From an uncultured Barnesiella sp. (lineage in GTDB: Bacteria; Bacteroidota; Bacteroidia; Bacteroidales; Barnesiellaceae_A), in the NCBI GenBank assembly GCA_944321085.1, contig CALUJY010000005.1, positions 40,123-104,122 of the forward strand: 64,000 bases of DNA. The letters run 5' to 3'. Position 1 is the stretch's first letter. The number at the start of each line of letters is the position of its first letter. The notes beneath the pieces were generated by a model. The model did not search any database, was not told the DNA's origin, and saw only the letters and a list, made by a program, of their open reading frames with translations. Below are positions 1 through 10,519 of the stretch, piece after piece. The translations under genes were made by a program, and so were the position numbers.

Positions 1-2
1 AT

Positions 3-128
3 GAGCTGCCTCTGTTTTTCAATCGCCTATATACGTTGGGTATCTCTATCGATGAGATAGACCGGCGTTACAACGAGTATAAGAAAGCATCGTTGCACGT
101 CGATGACGATGCTGTCGATATCAAATAG
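3..128 (+). CDS. 3' end of an upstream gene (partial, product unknown)
   Basis: Frame 3 is open from the window edge to TAG at 126-128 (…DEIDRRYNEYKKASLHVDDDAVDIK*). No recognisable motif. Confidence 0.3.
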   Translation, partial: ELPLFFNRLYTLGISIDEIDRRYNEYKKASLHVDDDAVDIK

Positions 129-155
129 TATAAATCGTTATAAATAAAAAATACA

Positions 156-1151
156 ATGAAACGTTCTACCATATTTATTATTATAGTACTTGTTCTTGCC
201 GTACTTGTACCTGTGATTTTTGTTTGTATCATGACAACCAACTTTGTGTCTGACGTGAAAGAGATTAGCACAATAGACGGGCGTGTTCCCTGTGATTATG
301 TGGTCGTTGTCGATGACCCGGCGCAAACACATGCCGTGAACCTGTCTTTCTCGACCGAGAGGGAGGATAGCGGAATTTTCTCGTCGGTCAACATACAATC
401 GCGCTGCGGCGGTATATCTACGGTGATAAGCAGCGACACGATATATATCAACATCGATACGCTCCACACCAACGAAACTACGCCTTGTCCCATAGAGGTG
501 GTGTTGCCCAATAAATCGTCGATAGAGTTGCATAACCCTTCGTCGGCAGTGAGTGTAAAGGTGAAAGATGCCAATCTCGACAATATGCAAGTGGCAGCGG
601 CCGGTGATTTGTGTATAGAGGATAGCAACGTGGGCGTGTTGCAGAGTATCGACAGTGTGGCTCATAGTACCATCAAGATGGACGACAGCAATATAGGTGC
701 CGCCAAAATAAACGGAAAAAACAAAACCATCGACATCGATTCGTCGAACTTGGGCGCTTTGGCTGTGTCGGGCGATTGCGAAAGTATCAATGCCGCCGAT
801 TGCAACATAGGTGTAGCTACATGGAATAACAAGACACAAAGTAATTTCTATGCCAGAGACTGTGTGTTTCTGAGTAATATCAACGAGGATGTAGAGGCCG
901 TTGACTTCGACCGATCCTTCCTTTCGGATTCGGTAGGCGACTGTGTCGTCAAAGGCGGAAACGGTGAGATGGTAAATATTTCGAAAGACGGGGTACATGT
1001 AGAGAGCGGCAGCGATAAAGTGAACATCACACCGTCGAAGGTATTCGTCTCGTCGGGAACCGATACCGTGAAAGTATCGCCTGCCGGAGTACAGGTAACT
1101 TCCGGTGGTGACAAGGTCTCAATCGGAGTAGGAGGTATAAAAGTAAACTAA
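156..1151 (+). CDS. membrane-anchored beta-strand-repeat protein (GIN/DUF2807- or DUF4097-like putative adhesin fold)
   Basis: N-terminal hydrophobic helix (IFIIIVLVLAVLVPVIFVCI), followed by repetitive short beta-strand segments (DSNVG…, DSNIG…, SSNLG…, VHVESGSDKVNI…VKVSPAGVQVTSGGDKVSI). The product name is tentative. Confidence 0.5.
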   Translation: MKRSTIFIIIVLVLAVLVPVIFVCIMTTNFVSDVKEISTIDGRVPCDYVVVVDDPAQTHAVNLSFSTEREDSGIFSSVNIQSRCGGISTVISSDTIYINIDTLHTNETTPCPIEVVLPNKSSIELHNPSSAVSVKVKDANLDNMQVAAAGDLCIEDSNVGVLQSIDSVAHSTIKMDDSNIGAAKINGKNKTIDIDSSNLGALAVSGDCESINAADCNIGVATWNNKTQSNFYARDCVFLSNINEDVEAVDFDRSFLSDSVGDCVVKGGNGEMVNISKDGVHVESGSDKVNITPSKVFVSSGTDTVKVSPAGVQVTSGGDKVSIGVGGIKVN

Positions 1152-1258
1152 CAAATACATTGTGAAAAAAGGCTTTGCTCCGTTGTATTTTTGTCTTATG
1201 GAGTGTGCTGCATGAGGCTATTAGAAAGGGGCAGGACAAAATCAATCGATGAAAGAGT

Positions 1259-3730
1259 ATGAAACGTTTTTTTATCATCCTATTGCTCGGCATAAGTTGC
1301 ATGGCGTATGCCGGAGCGCAACAAGTATGTAAAGTAAAAGGCGTAGTCGCAGACGTAGCGGGCGAAACAATTCCCTATGCTACTGTGAGTGCATCGCAGG
1401 GCGACAAAGTGGTGCGTCGCGTAGCTGCTAATGCCGATGGTGCATTTACGATAGAACTCGACCGAGGCCGGAAGTATCTCCTTACGGTGACTTCTATCGG
1501 TTACACTCCGTTCAATCAGGAGATTACAGTGCCTGCTGCCGCAACCTACGACTTGGGCGGACTGACACTTACCGCCGATACCGAGTTGGCCGAGGTGGTG
1601 GTAGAGGCGCAAAAACCTATCATAAAAAGCGACGCCGAGAAGATAACCTACGACGTAAGTGCCGACCCCGAAGCCGACAACAAAATGCTCATAGATATGA
1701 TGCGCAAGGTGCCTATGGTGACGGTCGATGCCGAGGATAATGTACAGCTCAACGGGTCGAGCGACTTCAAGGTGCTGGTCAACGGCAAAGAGTCGGTCAT
1801 GATGAAAAACAACCTCAAAGAGGTGATGAAGAGTATGCCGGCCAACAGTGTGAAAGATATACAGGTGATTACCAACCCGTCGAGCCGCTACGATGCCGAG
1901 GGTGTAGGTGGCATTATCAACATTGTCACCACGCGCGAAAAGTTGGAAGGCCTTACCGGTTCGGTGACAGGCTATGGCGACATCATGGGCTCGTTTGGCG
2001 GTAATCTTTATCTGGCGACACAGTACAAGCGGTTTACGGCTTCGCTCAATTACAGCGGCGGGCGCTTTGTATCGAAGCAATATTTGAATGCCGAGAGCTA
2101 TAATTATAACAATCCCGATATGTATCTCACGAAAATGTATACCGGCGATGATCTTAATATTGATGGACAATACCATTTCCTGAGTTTCGAGAGTAGTTTC
2201 GAGCTCGATTCGCTCAATCTCTTTACCTTGGGCGTGACGGGCAATATAGGGAACTTCGGTGCAAACGGCAATCTCATGAACGACTCGTATGCGTCGGATG
2301 GTAGGGTAGTTTCGCGCTATATCGACCGCCTGTATCAAGGTAGCATGTTCGGCGGTGTGGCTGCCAACCTCGACTATCAGCACACCTTCGGAAAACCCGG
2401 GCATACGCTTGTGGCATCGTATCGCTACGAGTACAATCCCAACGGCGGGGCATATAGCGACTCTATCATGCTCGACGATGACTCTTTCAATGCTCCTTAT
2501 GGTGGACAGCGCAACGATAACAACTCGTATGCACAGGAACACACGGTGCAGATAGACTATGTGAACCCTATCAACGAGAAACATTCGATAGAAGCGGGCG
2601 TGAAATATATAGGACGTCTCAATCACAGTAACGACGACTATATGATGCTCGATGGCGGAGCGTGGCAGTCGATGAACCAACAACAGACGCTCGACTATAC
2701 GCAACAAATCTTGGCCATATATACCGGTTATGCTTTCAATGCAGGTAATTGGGGTGCGCGCGCCGGAGGTCGCTACGAGGAGACGTGGACCGATGCCATG
2801 CTCGAAAAAGCCGGTACACGGGTCGACTTTGGCAAGCCTTATGGCAACTTTGTGCCCTACGTATCGTTGAATTACAATCTCGACCCCATGCAGAGCCTGC
2901 GTTTGTCGTACACACAGCGTATCAACCGCCCCGGCATCAGTTACCTGTCGCCCTATGAGCGGTGGGTGGGTACGATACAGGTAGAGTATGGTAACCCCGA
3001 CTTGCGTCCCGAGGTGTCGCACTCTATATCGGCGGCCTACTCGCTCTTCAAAGGGGTGTTCAATCTCAACATGGAGTGGAACAGCCGTATTACCAACAAC
3101 AGTATCGAGTCATACGATTTTGTCGAAGCCTCTACCGGTACGATACACAGCACTTACGACAATATAGGTAGGACGCAATCGCATGGTATGTCGCTGTACA
3201 TATCGGGGCAGCTCTCGCCGAAGTTTACCTATTATAGCAATATGAGTGCCTGGTATGTCATATATAAAGCACCCGCGTTGCAACTCGAAAACGACGGTTG
3301 GCAGGCTCATGCCAACCTCGGTATACAGTGGACGGCATGGAAATGCGGTACGATAAGCGTCAACGGCGGCATAGGCAGCCCGTGGGTAGGCTTGCAAAAC
3401 AAAGGAACATTGCCGTGGTATTACTACGGATTGGGCATTACGCAACGCTTCTTCGATGATAAATTGAAGATTACCCTCTCGGGTAACAACCTTTTCAACC
3501 GCTACAATCGCTTTTCCAACATAACGTATGGCGACGGGTTTAAGACCATATCGGAGGGTGGTAATGTGTCTCGCAATGTGCAGCTCAGCGTTACCTTTAC
3601 GTTCGGTAAACTTGATGCGCAAGTGAAGAAGACCAACCGCAGTATCGTCAACAACGACGTCATAGAGGGCGGTTCGCAAGGCGGTATGACCGGCGGTTCA
3701 CAACAAGGCGGCATGACCGGCGGACGATAA
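1259..3730 (+). CDS. outer-membrane beta-barrel family protein with carboxypeptidase-regulatory-like N-domain (TonB-dependent-receptor-like)
   Basis: Signal peptide. N-terminal 'KVKGVVADVAGETIPYATV…TVTSIGYTP' CarbopepD_reg-like domain, a plug-like region, and a long barrel with alternating Y/G/N-rich strands. Gly-rich C-terminal tail GGSQGGMTGGSQQGGMTGG. Confidence 0.85.
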   Translation: MKRFFIILLLGISCMAYAGAQQVCKVKGVVADVAGETIPYATVSASQGDKVVRRVAANADGAFTIELDRGRKYLLTVTSIGYTPFNQEITVPAAATYDLGGLTLTADTELAEVVVEAQKPIIKSDAEKITYDVSADPEADNKMLIDMMRKVPMVTVDAEDNVQLNGSSDFKVLVNGKESVMMKNNLKEVMKSMPANSVKDIQVITNPSSRYDAEGVGGIINIVTTREKLEGLTGSVTGYGDIMGSFGGNLYLATQYKRFTASLNYSGGRFVSKQYLNAESYNYNNPDMYLTKMYTGDDLNIDGQYHFLSFESSFELDSLNLFTLGVTGNIGNFGANGNLMNDSYASDGRVVSRYIDRLYQGSMFGGVAANLDYQHTFGKPGHTLVASYRYEYNPNGGAYSDSIMLDDDSFNAPYGGQRNDNNSYAQEHTVQIDYVNPINEKHSIEAGVKYIGRLNHSNDDYMMLDGGAWQSMNQQQTLDYTQQILAIYTGYAFNAGNWGARAGGRYEETWTDAMLEKAGTRVDFGKPYGNFVPYVSLNYNLDPMQSLRLSYTQRINRPGISYLSPYERWVGTIQVEYGNPDLRPEVSHSISAAYSLFKGVFNLNMEWNSRITNNSIESYDFVEASTGTIHSTYDNIGRTQSHGMSLYISGQLSPKFTYYSNMSAWYVIYKAPALQLENDGWQAHANLGIQWTAWKCGTISVNGGIGSPWVGLQNKGTLPWYYYGLGITQRFFDDKLKITLSGNNLFNRYNRFSNITYGDGFKTISEGGNVSRNVQLSVTFTFGKLDAQVKKTNRSIVNNDVIEGGSQGGMTGGSQQGGMTGGR

Positions 3731-3857
3731 CTTGTCGGATGCGCATCTCCTTGCGATGGCATCGTGCTCTGCAACACAGCTTGTCATTGTGCCATCGTCA
3801 GGCGATGAGATATAGCGAATATTTGATTCTCATACAGTTGCATATTAGTAAACAAAG

Positions 3858-3889
3858 AATATGGCGCGCCCGTGAGGGTGCGCCATATT
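3858..3889. terminator. hairpin between convergent genes
   Basis: AATATGGCGC (3858-3867) is the reverse complement of GCGCCATATT (3880-3889). It lies between the + OM-barrel gene and the - TPR gene. There is no clear U-tract. Confidence 0.4.
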
Positions 3890-3990
3890 GTCATATCGGG
3901 TGATGCGATGGGTCGGTATTCTTCTCTCCGGTAGTAGGTTATAAATTCGGCCTTTGACTTTGAGCGGAAGAGGGTATCCGATAGTGGCTG

Positions 3991-6243
3991 TTATGCCTCA
4001 GCATTGTTTTTCTCACTGGCTTGGTATAGCACTTGGTCGTAGAGGATGGGAATTTCATCGGCCGGGACACCAACATGCAAGAGGTCGGGGATGTCTTGCT
4101 CGAAACTTTGGGCGAAGCGTTTGGTGTTGCCCTCGTCGTTCTTGATGCTTGCGAGATAGAGTTCGAGAGCTTTTTTGATGTTACCCATCGAGAACGCTAC
4201 ATGTCCGGCATTGAGAAAGTCTTGCGCATTGGGATTGCTGTCGAGTATTTGGGTGTAATATTGCCATGCCTGCTCTTTTTTGTTGGCAAGGAACGAGCAC
4301 CAAGCGATAGGCCTTCGGGCTTTGCTACCTTTGGGGTCGAGGTAGTTTACCTTGAAGTAGTATTGTAGGGCTTTGTCGTACTGCTTCGATTCCAAGTAAC
4401 AGTGTCCTATGTTGAGGCTGACCGACAAGTTATCGGGGGCAACTTTGTCGGCACGCAAGAAGTATTCGAGTGCCTTATCGGTCTTTTTCATGTAGCGGTA
4501 ACAAGTAGCGATGTGCCGTAAAGTCCACAAATGGTCAGGCCTTATGAGGTCGGCTTTCAGGTAGTATTCGAGTGCCACCTCATAGTTGTCGGTCGATTGG
4601 AAACAATATCCTGTTTTCTGGTACAGTTCGCTGTCGGTGAAGTTGCTGCCGGTGAGCATGACGAAGATATATGCTGCATCGGTATAGTACTCGTGATTGA
4701 AGAAGTATTCGCCCAACAGGCGCATCAGTTGCTCGTTGGCGGTGATGGGAGCAAGTACCTCGACTTGCATGACTTCTTCGATAGAGATGGAGAAGATGTC
4801 GCGAAATTCGCTACGGCGGGGGAAGAGCTTTGTAAAGCGGTATAAGTCTTGTATGTAGCGGTTCGATATGTTCTCGCGCTCTTTATTCCGCGGGTAGAGT
4901 TCGTCCATGGTCATCTCTTGCATGGCAAGAGTCTCTTCGTTGAGTTGCGATGTCAGCATTTGGCGTTGTGCCTCGGGTACCTGCATCAACGACAGACAGA
5001 AAGAGTATTTGTCGGAGTTGCACAGGAACTCCGAAGAGTTTATCACTTGGGCGAGGTATTTGTTTTGCTCATTGTCTCCGAAGAGCGAAGCCAAAGCCGA
5101 GTGTTGCTGTATGAAAGGCAGGAACCAGTTGGCTATTTCGTTGAAGAATTGGAACCCTTTCAGATGGGCGAATGTGCCCATAAAGACGTCGGCGCCCTCC
5201 ATTTGCAGGTCGTTTATTTCGCGCAGGCTGTCGGCAATGCCCGAGTTGTCGATGATTTCCTGCCACTCGGGGTTGCGTTCGAGCGATTCGAGGTCGTTCA
5301 AGGCATCGTCTTCTTTTATCTTTTTATAAAGCGCAGGGCTTATTTTCATCATTTGCGGCAATACCTCTTCATTGATTTTGCGGGCTATCTTTTCGGTGTC
5401 GCGGCTGCGAATGAATTGCAGCAGTATGTTGCGCATGTCGGTGATGAAGCGGTTGTCGTCGAGCAAGAGGCTGAGGCGGATGTGCAGTTTCTCGTAGAGC
5501 GGCAGCCGGTGGTGGTATTGTTGCAAGACAAAGAAAAGTCCGCACAAAGCTCTCATCTGTACCTCGACGCTGTTGTGGTGCAGGTATGCGTCGATGAGAA
5601 TGTTGGTTTTCTCTTCGTCGAAAGCATGTAACAGGTTCAGGGTCAGCGCCGATACCGTGAGAGCCGCTACGGGTGATGAGATGCGTTGCGGTTGCAGTGC
5701 GGCCGATAGCGTGGCGCAATCTTCGGCCGACGCCGGAAAGTTGGTCCATACGCGGTCGAAAAAGTCACATACTGCACGTTCGGCATTTATGCGCATTTTG
5801 TCTTTTTCCTTGTCGATATATAAATCGGACATAGACAAAGCGGACAGAGCCGTTTCGAGTTCTGCGAAAATCTTTGCGAGACTTTTCCCGTCGTTTTGTG
5901 CCACTCTCTTCTTGCCGTAATAGAGTGTCATGGAGTCGCGGGTGAGCAACTTTTCGCACACGGTGTCGGTGAGCCTATATACCGATACGATGAGGTGGTT
6001 ATATACCTGTATGCGCTCGGGGTCTTTTACGCCGTCGAGCATATACTGTATCATGTAACGGTAGGATGTTTCTATTGTGGCGAGTTCCTCGTCGATATTC
6101 CACTCTTGCAACCGGTCGGTGAGTCTTTTCAACTCGATAAATGCTTTCTGCAAGTGCTTTCGGTGAAGAGATTCGTATATTTTGTGTTGCCTGTTGGCGA
6201 TGTCGTGAGATAGCATAATCGTATGGTTTAGACTGTATAACAA
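3991..6243 (-). CDS. tetratricopeptide-repeat (TPR) protein
   Basis: The C-terminal third has repeated TPR-like units (…ALEYYLKADLIRPDH…, ALEYFLRADKVAPDN…, ALQYYFKVNYLDPKG…, AWQYYTQILDSNPN…). The long ORF has coding-like composition. Confidence 0.8.
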   Translation of the reverse strand: MLYSLNHTIMLSHDIANRQHKIYESLHRKHLQKAFIELKRLTDRLQEWNIDEELATIETSYRYMIQYMLDGVKDPERIQVYNHLIVSVYRLTDTVCEKLLTRDSMTLYYGKKRVAQNDGKSLAKIFAELETALSALSMSDLYIDKEKDKMRINAERAVCDFFDRVWTNFPASAEDCATLSAALQPQRISSPVAALTVSALTLNLLHAFDEEKTNILIDAYLHHNSVEVQMRALCGLFFVLQQYHHRLPLYEKLHIRLSLLLDDNRFITDMRNILLQFIRSRDTEKIARKINEEVLPQMMKISPALYKKIKEDDALNDLESLERNPEWQEIIDNSGIADSLREINDLQMEGADVFMGTFAHLKGFQFFNEIANWFLPFIQQHSALASLFGDNEQNKYLAQVINSSEFLCNSDKYSFCLSLMQVPEAQRQMLTSQLNEETLAMQEMTMDELYPRNKERENISNRYIQDLYRFTKLFPRRSEFRDIFSISIEEVMQVEVLAPITANEQLMRLLGEYFFNHEYYTDAAYIFVMLTGSNFTDSELYQKTGYCFQSTDNYEVALEYYLKADLIRPDHLWTLRHIATCYRYMKKTDKALEYFLRADKVAPDNLSVSLNIGHCYLESKQYDKALQYYFKVNYLDPKGSKARRPIAWCSFLANKKEQAWQYYTQILDSNPNAQDFLNAGHVAFSMGNIKKALELYLASIKNDEGNTKRFAQSFEQDIPDLLHVGVPADEIPILYDQVLYQASEKNNAEA

Positions 6244-6496
6244 TATTCAGCCCCGATAGTGCGGCCGTATGGGATAAATCTTTTAGCCGGTGTTCCCGAG
6301 CCGCTTCGGATGTAACAGTCGTATCTGTTGCAATGGCTTTGCTTCTTCACCGTAAAGGTAGTAAAATTTTTTTAATTGCGATACTCTCCGCTTCGGCTAT
6401 TGGGAGGCAGCAAGGTAAAAAAGTATCTTTGACACAGATATGTGGTGTGTGGACAACTAAAAAAGCGTATCTTTGTGCCGCTAAATTATAACTATC

Positions 6497-9118
6497 ATGA
6501 AAAACTTATTCGCATCATTCCTATTGCTTTTGTTGTGCATTCATGCACCTTTCTATGCCCAGACACCGGCATTCCCCGGAGCCGAGGGTTTTGGCCGTTA
6601 TACGATGGGAGGTCGTGGAGGCGATGTATATCGGGTGACGACACTCGAAGATAATAACATGCCCGGTTCGTTGCGGTATGCCGTGAAACAGAAAGGGGCA
6701 AGAACAATCGTTTTCGATGTTTCGGGTACTATTTTCCTTACCGAAGAGCTGAAAATACAGAACGATTATATAACCATTGCCGGGCAGACAGCTCCCGGTG
6801 ACGGGGTGTGCATCGCCGGTTATCCCGTAGTGATTGCTGCTAACGATGTGATAATACGTTATTTGCGATTTCGTATGGGCGACGACCATGCTGTCGAAGC
6901 CGATGCCCTTGGCGGTATGGACCGTAGGAATATTATCGTAGACCACTGTTCCATCAGTTGGAGTACCGACGAGTGTTGTTCGGTGTACGGTAACGAGAAT
7001 ATGACGTTGCAATGGTGTATTATCTCGGAGAGCCTTCGTCTCTCGGTGCATGGCAAGGGCGCACATGGTTACGGTGGTAACTGGGGCGGAAACAAAGCAT
7101 CGTACCATCACAACCTCATGGCTCATCACGACAGCCGCACGCCTCGCTTAGGCCCGCGTGCCAGCACACAACTGGATGAGTGGATGGACTTCCGCAATAA
7201 CGTCATATATAATTGGGGTGCCAACAACGGTTGCTATGGCGGTGAGGCGATGAAAGTGAATATTATAAACAATTATTATAAGCCCGGGCCGGCTACGGCC
7301 TTGGCACGTAGCAACGTCCGTTATCGTATTGCCAAAGTGGGCATACGCACTACGGAGTATGTAGAACGAAATCCCGCTTTTGCTCCGGCACTTCATATAT
7401 GGGGAAAGTTTTATGTGGCTGGCAACATTATGGATGGGTATGACGATGTGACTGCCGACAACTGGTCGAAAGGCATATACGAGCAGATTTCAAACAGCGA
7501 GTGCGACAACCTCTTTACCGATGTTACGCGCGATACCATACGCTTATACGAACCGTTGGATGCGGGATATATACACACGCATTCGGCGTCCGATGCCTAT
7601 GAGAAGGTGTTGGCGTATGCCGGATGTTCGCTTTCGCGCGACGAAGTGGATGCCCGCATTGTCGATGATACCCGCAACGGCCGTGCTACCTATGGCAATA
7701 GCGATGGTTACCCCGGTTTGATAGACACGCCCTACGATTTGCGTCCTTCGGATGCCGGCGCCGACTGGTCGCCGTGGCCTGAGTTGCAACAAGTCGCTCC
7801 GTCGGCCGATAGCGATGGCGACGGTATCCCCGATGAGTGGGAGACGGCTCACGGCCTCGACCCCGCCGATGCTGCCGATGGCAACCGTGTCGATGCCGAG
7901 GGCTATACGGCTTTGGAAGAATATCTCAATTCGCTGGTCGCCGATATTACCGAGGCACAGTATGAAGGGGCAACGCTGGAATATATTCCCGAAGTGAAAT
8001 TAGCCGATGCTGTGGCTCGTGCCGAAGATGGCGATGTGATAGAGTTAACGGACGACGAGGCGGTCAATACCACGATTACGATAGACAAGTCGTTGACGAT
8101 ACGGGCACGCGACGGTTATCGTCCGGTGTTGGAGAAGGTAAAGTTTGTGATGGGCGATGGCGGCAGCCTCGTCTTGGATGGCATTGTGGCTTATTATGAC
8201 GAAGCCGGCACGTCGGAGCCTACGCGCAATACTTTTATTACGGCCAACGACATCGTGACTTTTAAGCGGCTCGAAATACGCAACTGCGAGATATACGGAT
8301 ATGGCGAATCTTTCGTACAGTCGAACAACAAAGCTCGCTATGCCGTCATAGATACGCTATTGGTTGACAATTCTATTTTGCATGATTTTTGCAAGGCGCG
8401 AGCCAACGAACCCGTTTTCGGATTGAAATACGGGCGTGTGTCGCAGGCGTTTCTATCCAATACATCGATATATAACTGTGCGGGAGGCGTCTTTGTCAAC
8501 GAAGACCCCGATGAGGTGACACCCTGTCCGCTTCTGTTCGATATGAAGCGGGTGACGATACTCGATTGCGGTAATGCTGCCGGTTCCGACCCCGAGAGCA
8601 AAGATATTATAGATCTTGCCCGCAAGAAAGCTGTCGTGACGGCAACGATTGAAGATTGTGTCATATCGGGACATCCCGACAAGGCGTTGAAGTTTACCGA
8701 TGCTTCCGCTTCGATACTCCACTCGTTGGTGACAAACAATGTGGTAGGCTCATTGGTGGACGATACACGCATCGAAGGGGTAATAACCCGCTGCGACTAT
8801 GACTCGTACAGCCTTACGACCGACCCTGCCGAGATTATCGGGATAGGTGACCCCCGATGGACGCTCAACGGAGTAGGGGCTGTCTCGGCAGCACAACGCG
8901 AGACGTGTCGGTTTTATACCGCCGGTGGCCGGCTCGTCATTGCCGGCATAGCTCCTTGTTATACAAAAGCTGCTCTTTATGACGTACAAGGCCGAATGGT
9001 GCAACAGGATGCAACGGTAAGTGGCGGCGAGGTGTCGTTTGCCATACCGTCGCGTGGTATTTATGTGGCACGTTTGGGAGGGGATAGTGCCTGCACTTCG
9101 ATAAAGGTGAAGATATAA
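6497..9118 (+). CDS. pectate lyase (PL1-like) with extra beta-helix region and T9SS C-terminal sorting domain
   Basis: Signal peptide followed by 'FPGAEGFGRYTMGGRGGDVYRVTTLED…GSLRYAV', which is typical of pectate lyases. Asp-rich Ca-binding repeat DSDGDGIPDEWE. The C-terminal ~80 aa end in '…GIYVARLGG…IKVKI', resembling a T9SS type-A CTD. Confidence 0.85.
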   Translation: MKNLFASFLLLLLCIHAPFYAQTPAFPGAEGFGRYTMGGRGGDVYRVTTLEDNNMPGSLRYAVKQKGARTIVFDVSGTIFLTEELKIQNDYITIAGQTAPGDGVCIAGYPVVIAANDVIIRYLRFRMGDDHAVEADALGGMDRRNIIVDHCSISWSTDECCSVYGNENMTLQWCIISESLRLSVHGKGAHGYGGNWGGNKASYHHNLMAHHDSRTPRLGPRASTQLDEWMDFRNNVIYNWGANNGCYGGEAMKVNIINNYYKPGPATALARSNVRYRIAKVGIRTTEYVERNPAFAPALHIWGKFYVAGNIMDGYDDVTADNWSKGIYEQISNSECDNLFTDVTRDTIRLYEPLDAGYIHTHSASDAYEKVLAYAGCSLSRDEVDARIVDDTRNGRATYGNSDGYPGLIDTPYDLRPSDAGADWSPWPELQQVAPSADSDGDGIPDEWETAHGLDPADAADGNRVDAEGYTALEEYLNSLVADITEAQYEGATLEYIPEVKLADAVARAEDGDVIELTDDEAVNTTITIDKSLTIRARDGYRPVLEKVKFVMGDGGSLVLDGIVAYYDEAGTSEPTRNTFITANDIVTFKRLEIRNCEIYGYGESFVQSNNKARYAVIDTLLVDNSILHDFCKARANEPVFGLKYGRVSQAFLSNTSIYNCAGGVFVNEDPDEVTPCPLLFDMKRVTILDCGNAAGSDPESKDIIDLARKKAVVTATIEDCVISGHPDKALKFTDASASILHSLVTNNVVGSLVDDTRIEGVITRCDYDSYSLTTDPAEIIGIGDPRWTLNGVGAVSAAQRETCRFYTAGGRLVIAGIAPCYTKAALYDVQGRMVQQDATVSGGEVSFAIPSRGIYVARLGGDSACTSIKVKI

Positions 9119-9219
9119 TAAGCCGGTAATACTTATCTTACCGGTAGGCGTTATATATAAGAAGGTATGCAGGCATACCCTCGGGTGGATTTGTGTCGTT
9201 TTATGTCATATTTTTGTGC

Positions 9220-9227
9220 TATATTTG
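9220..9227 (+). promoter_or_regulatory. Bacteroidetes -7 promoter motif (TAnnTTTG) upstream of fucO
   Basis: TATATTTG lies 38 nt upstream of the ATG at 9265. This supports the shorter start. Confidence 0.4.
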
Positions 9228-9264
9228 CATTCGAATATTTTTAATCCGAAATTTTTTGAAAAAT

Positions 9265-10419
9265 ATGATTAACAGATTCATCTTGAACGAAGTATCATAC
9301 TTCGGAGCCGGTGCTCGCAGGCAGTTGCCGGAAGTTATGGAACGTCTTAATATGAAAAAAGCCTTGGTTGTAACAGATAAGGGGCTTTTGAAAGTGGGTA
9401 CTGCAAAGATGGTTACTGACATTCTCGATGAGGTGGGTTTTGCCTATGAGATGTATAGTGAGATAAAGCCTAATCCTACTGTTACCAATGTAAAACAGGG
9501 TGTCGAGGCATTCAAGGCATCCGGCGCCGATTGTCTGATTGCCATAGGCGGCGGTTCAGCCATGGATACGGCAAAGGGTATCGGTATAGTAGTTGCCAAT
9601 CCCGAGTTTGCCGATGTGGTTTCATTGGAAGGTTGTGCACCTACCAAAAATAAGTCTGTGCCTCTGATAGCACTGCCCACCACCGCGGGAACGGGAGCCG
9701 AGGTAACGATTAACTATGTGATAATCGACGAGGAGAATCACAAGAAGATGGTTTGTGTAGACCCGAACGATATTCCGGCTGTTGCCATAATCGACCCGGA
9801 GCTGATGTATTCTTTGCCTAAGTCGCTCACTGCTGCCACGGGTATGGACGCGTTGACTCATGCCATTGAGGGATATATAACTAAGGGTGCATGGGTAATG
9901 TCCGACATGTATGAGTTGCAAGCTATAAAGATGATAACGGAGTATCTGCCTGTCGCTGTGGAAGAACCTTCTAATGAGGCAGCCCGTGAGGGGATGGCTT
10001 TGGCTCAATATATAGCTGCTCAGGCATTCTCCAATGTAGGTCTAGGTCTTGTTCACGGTATGGCTCATCCTATGGGATCGCTTTTCGACGTGCCTCATGG
10101 TGTAGCAAATGCGTTGCTTTTGCCTACGATTATGGAATACAATATGCCCTGCTGTATAGAAAAATATGGCGTGATAGCACGTACAATGGGTGTAGATACT
10201 ACCGCTATGAGTGCCGAGGAAGCTGCAAAGGCTGCTTGCGATGCTGTAAAAGCGCTTGCCATACGTGTAGGAATACCGCAGCACCTGTCGGAACTTGGTA
10301 TAAAAGAGAGCGATATTCCGGCTCTTGCCGCACAGGCTATTACGGATGTATGCACACCCGGAAATCCGCGCGATGTTACAGAAGAGCAGATTGTCGCACT
10401 TTATAAGAAGGTGCTTTAA
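9265..10419 (+). CDS. fucO: lactaldehyde reductase / iron-containing alcohol dehydrogenase
   Basis: MINRFILNEVSYFGAGARRQLPE…, a GGGSAMDTAKG motif, and Fe-binding His-rich motifs (HAIEG…, HGMAHPMG…HG). The length from the internal Met (~384 aa) matches FucO. The 408-aa ORF start is upstream of the promoter motif. Confidence 0.9.
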   Translation: MINRFILNEVSYFGAGARRQLPEVMERLNMKKALVVTDKGLLKVGTAKMVTDILDEVGFAYEMYSEIKPNPTVTNVKQGVEAFKASGADCLIAIGGGSAMDTAKGIGIVVANPEFADVVSLEGCAPTKNKSVPLIALPTTAGTGAEVTINYVIIDEENHKKMVCVDPNDIPAVAIIDPELMYSLPKSLTAATGMDALTHAIEGYITKGAWVMSDMYELQAIKMITEYLPVAVEEPSNEAAREGMALAQYIAAQAFSNVGLGLVHGMAHPMGSLFDVPHGVANALLLPTIMEYNMPCCIEKYGVIARTMGVDTTAMSAEEAAKAACDAVKALAIRVGIPQHLSELGIKESDIPALAAQAITDVCTPGNPRDVTEEQIVALYKKVL

Positions 10420-10450
10420 GGCAAGTTGCAGCGCGTCTGTTTTGATATAT

Positions 10451-10491
10451 AAAAAAGAGCTGCGTCGAGTATTACGACGCAGCTCTTTTTT
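10451..10491. terminator. bidirectional intrinsic terminator (fucO / cydB convergent)
   Basis: 12-bp perfect stem AGAGCTGCGTCG (10456-10467) / CGACGCAGCTCT (10475-10486), flanked by an A-run on the left and a T-run on the right. Confidence 0.75.
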
Positions 10492-10519
10492 CGATACTTG
10501 TGACGGCAGCCGGCACTGG

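Noticed and set aside
138-998. 286-aa ORF on the - strand
   Set aside because: It is antisense to the 156-1151 gene and its translation is low-complexity (R/H/Y/V-rich). I preferred the + strand ORF, which has a clear TM anchor and repeat structure.
1280-3022. 580-aa ORF on the - strand
   Set aside because: It is entirely antisense to the OM beta-barrel gene (1259-3730). The Arg/His/Val-rich composition is typical of a shadow frame, and there is no motif.
3661-3730. Gly-rich tandem peptide repeat GGSQGGMTGG x2 at the C-terminus of the OM barrel protein
   Set aside because: It is a short low-complexity tail. There is no evidence that it is anything beyond a flexible extension.
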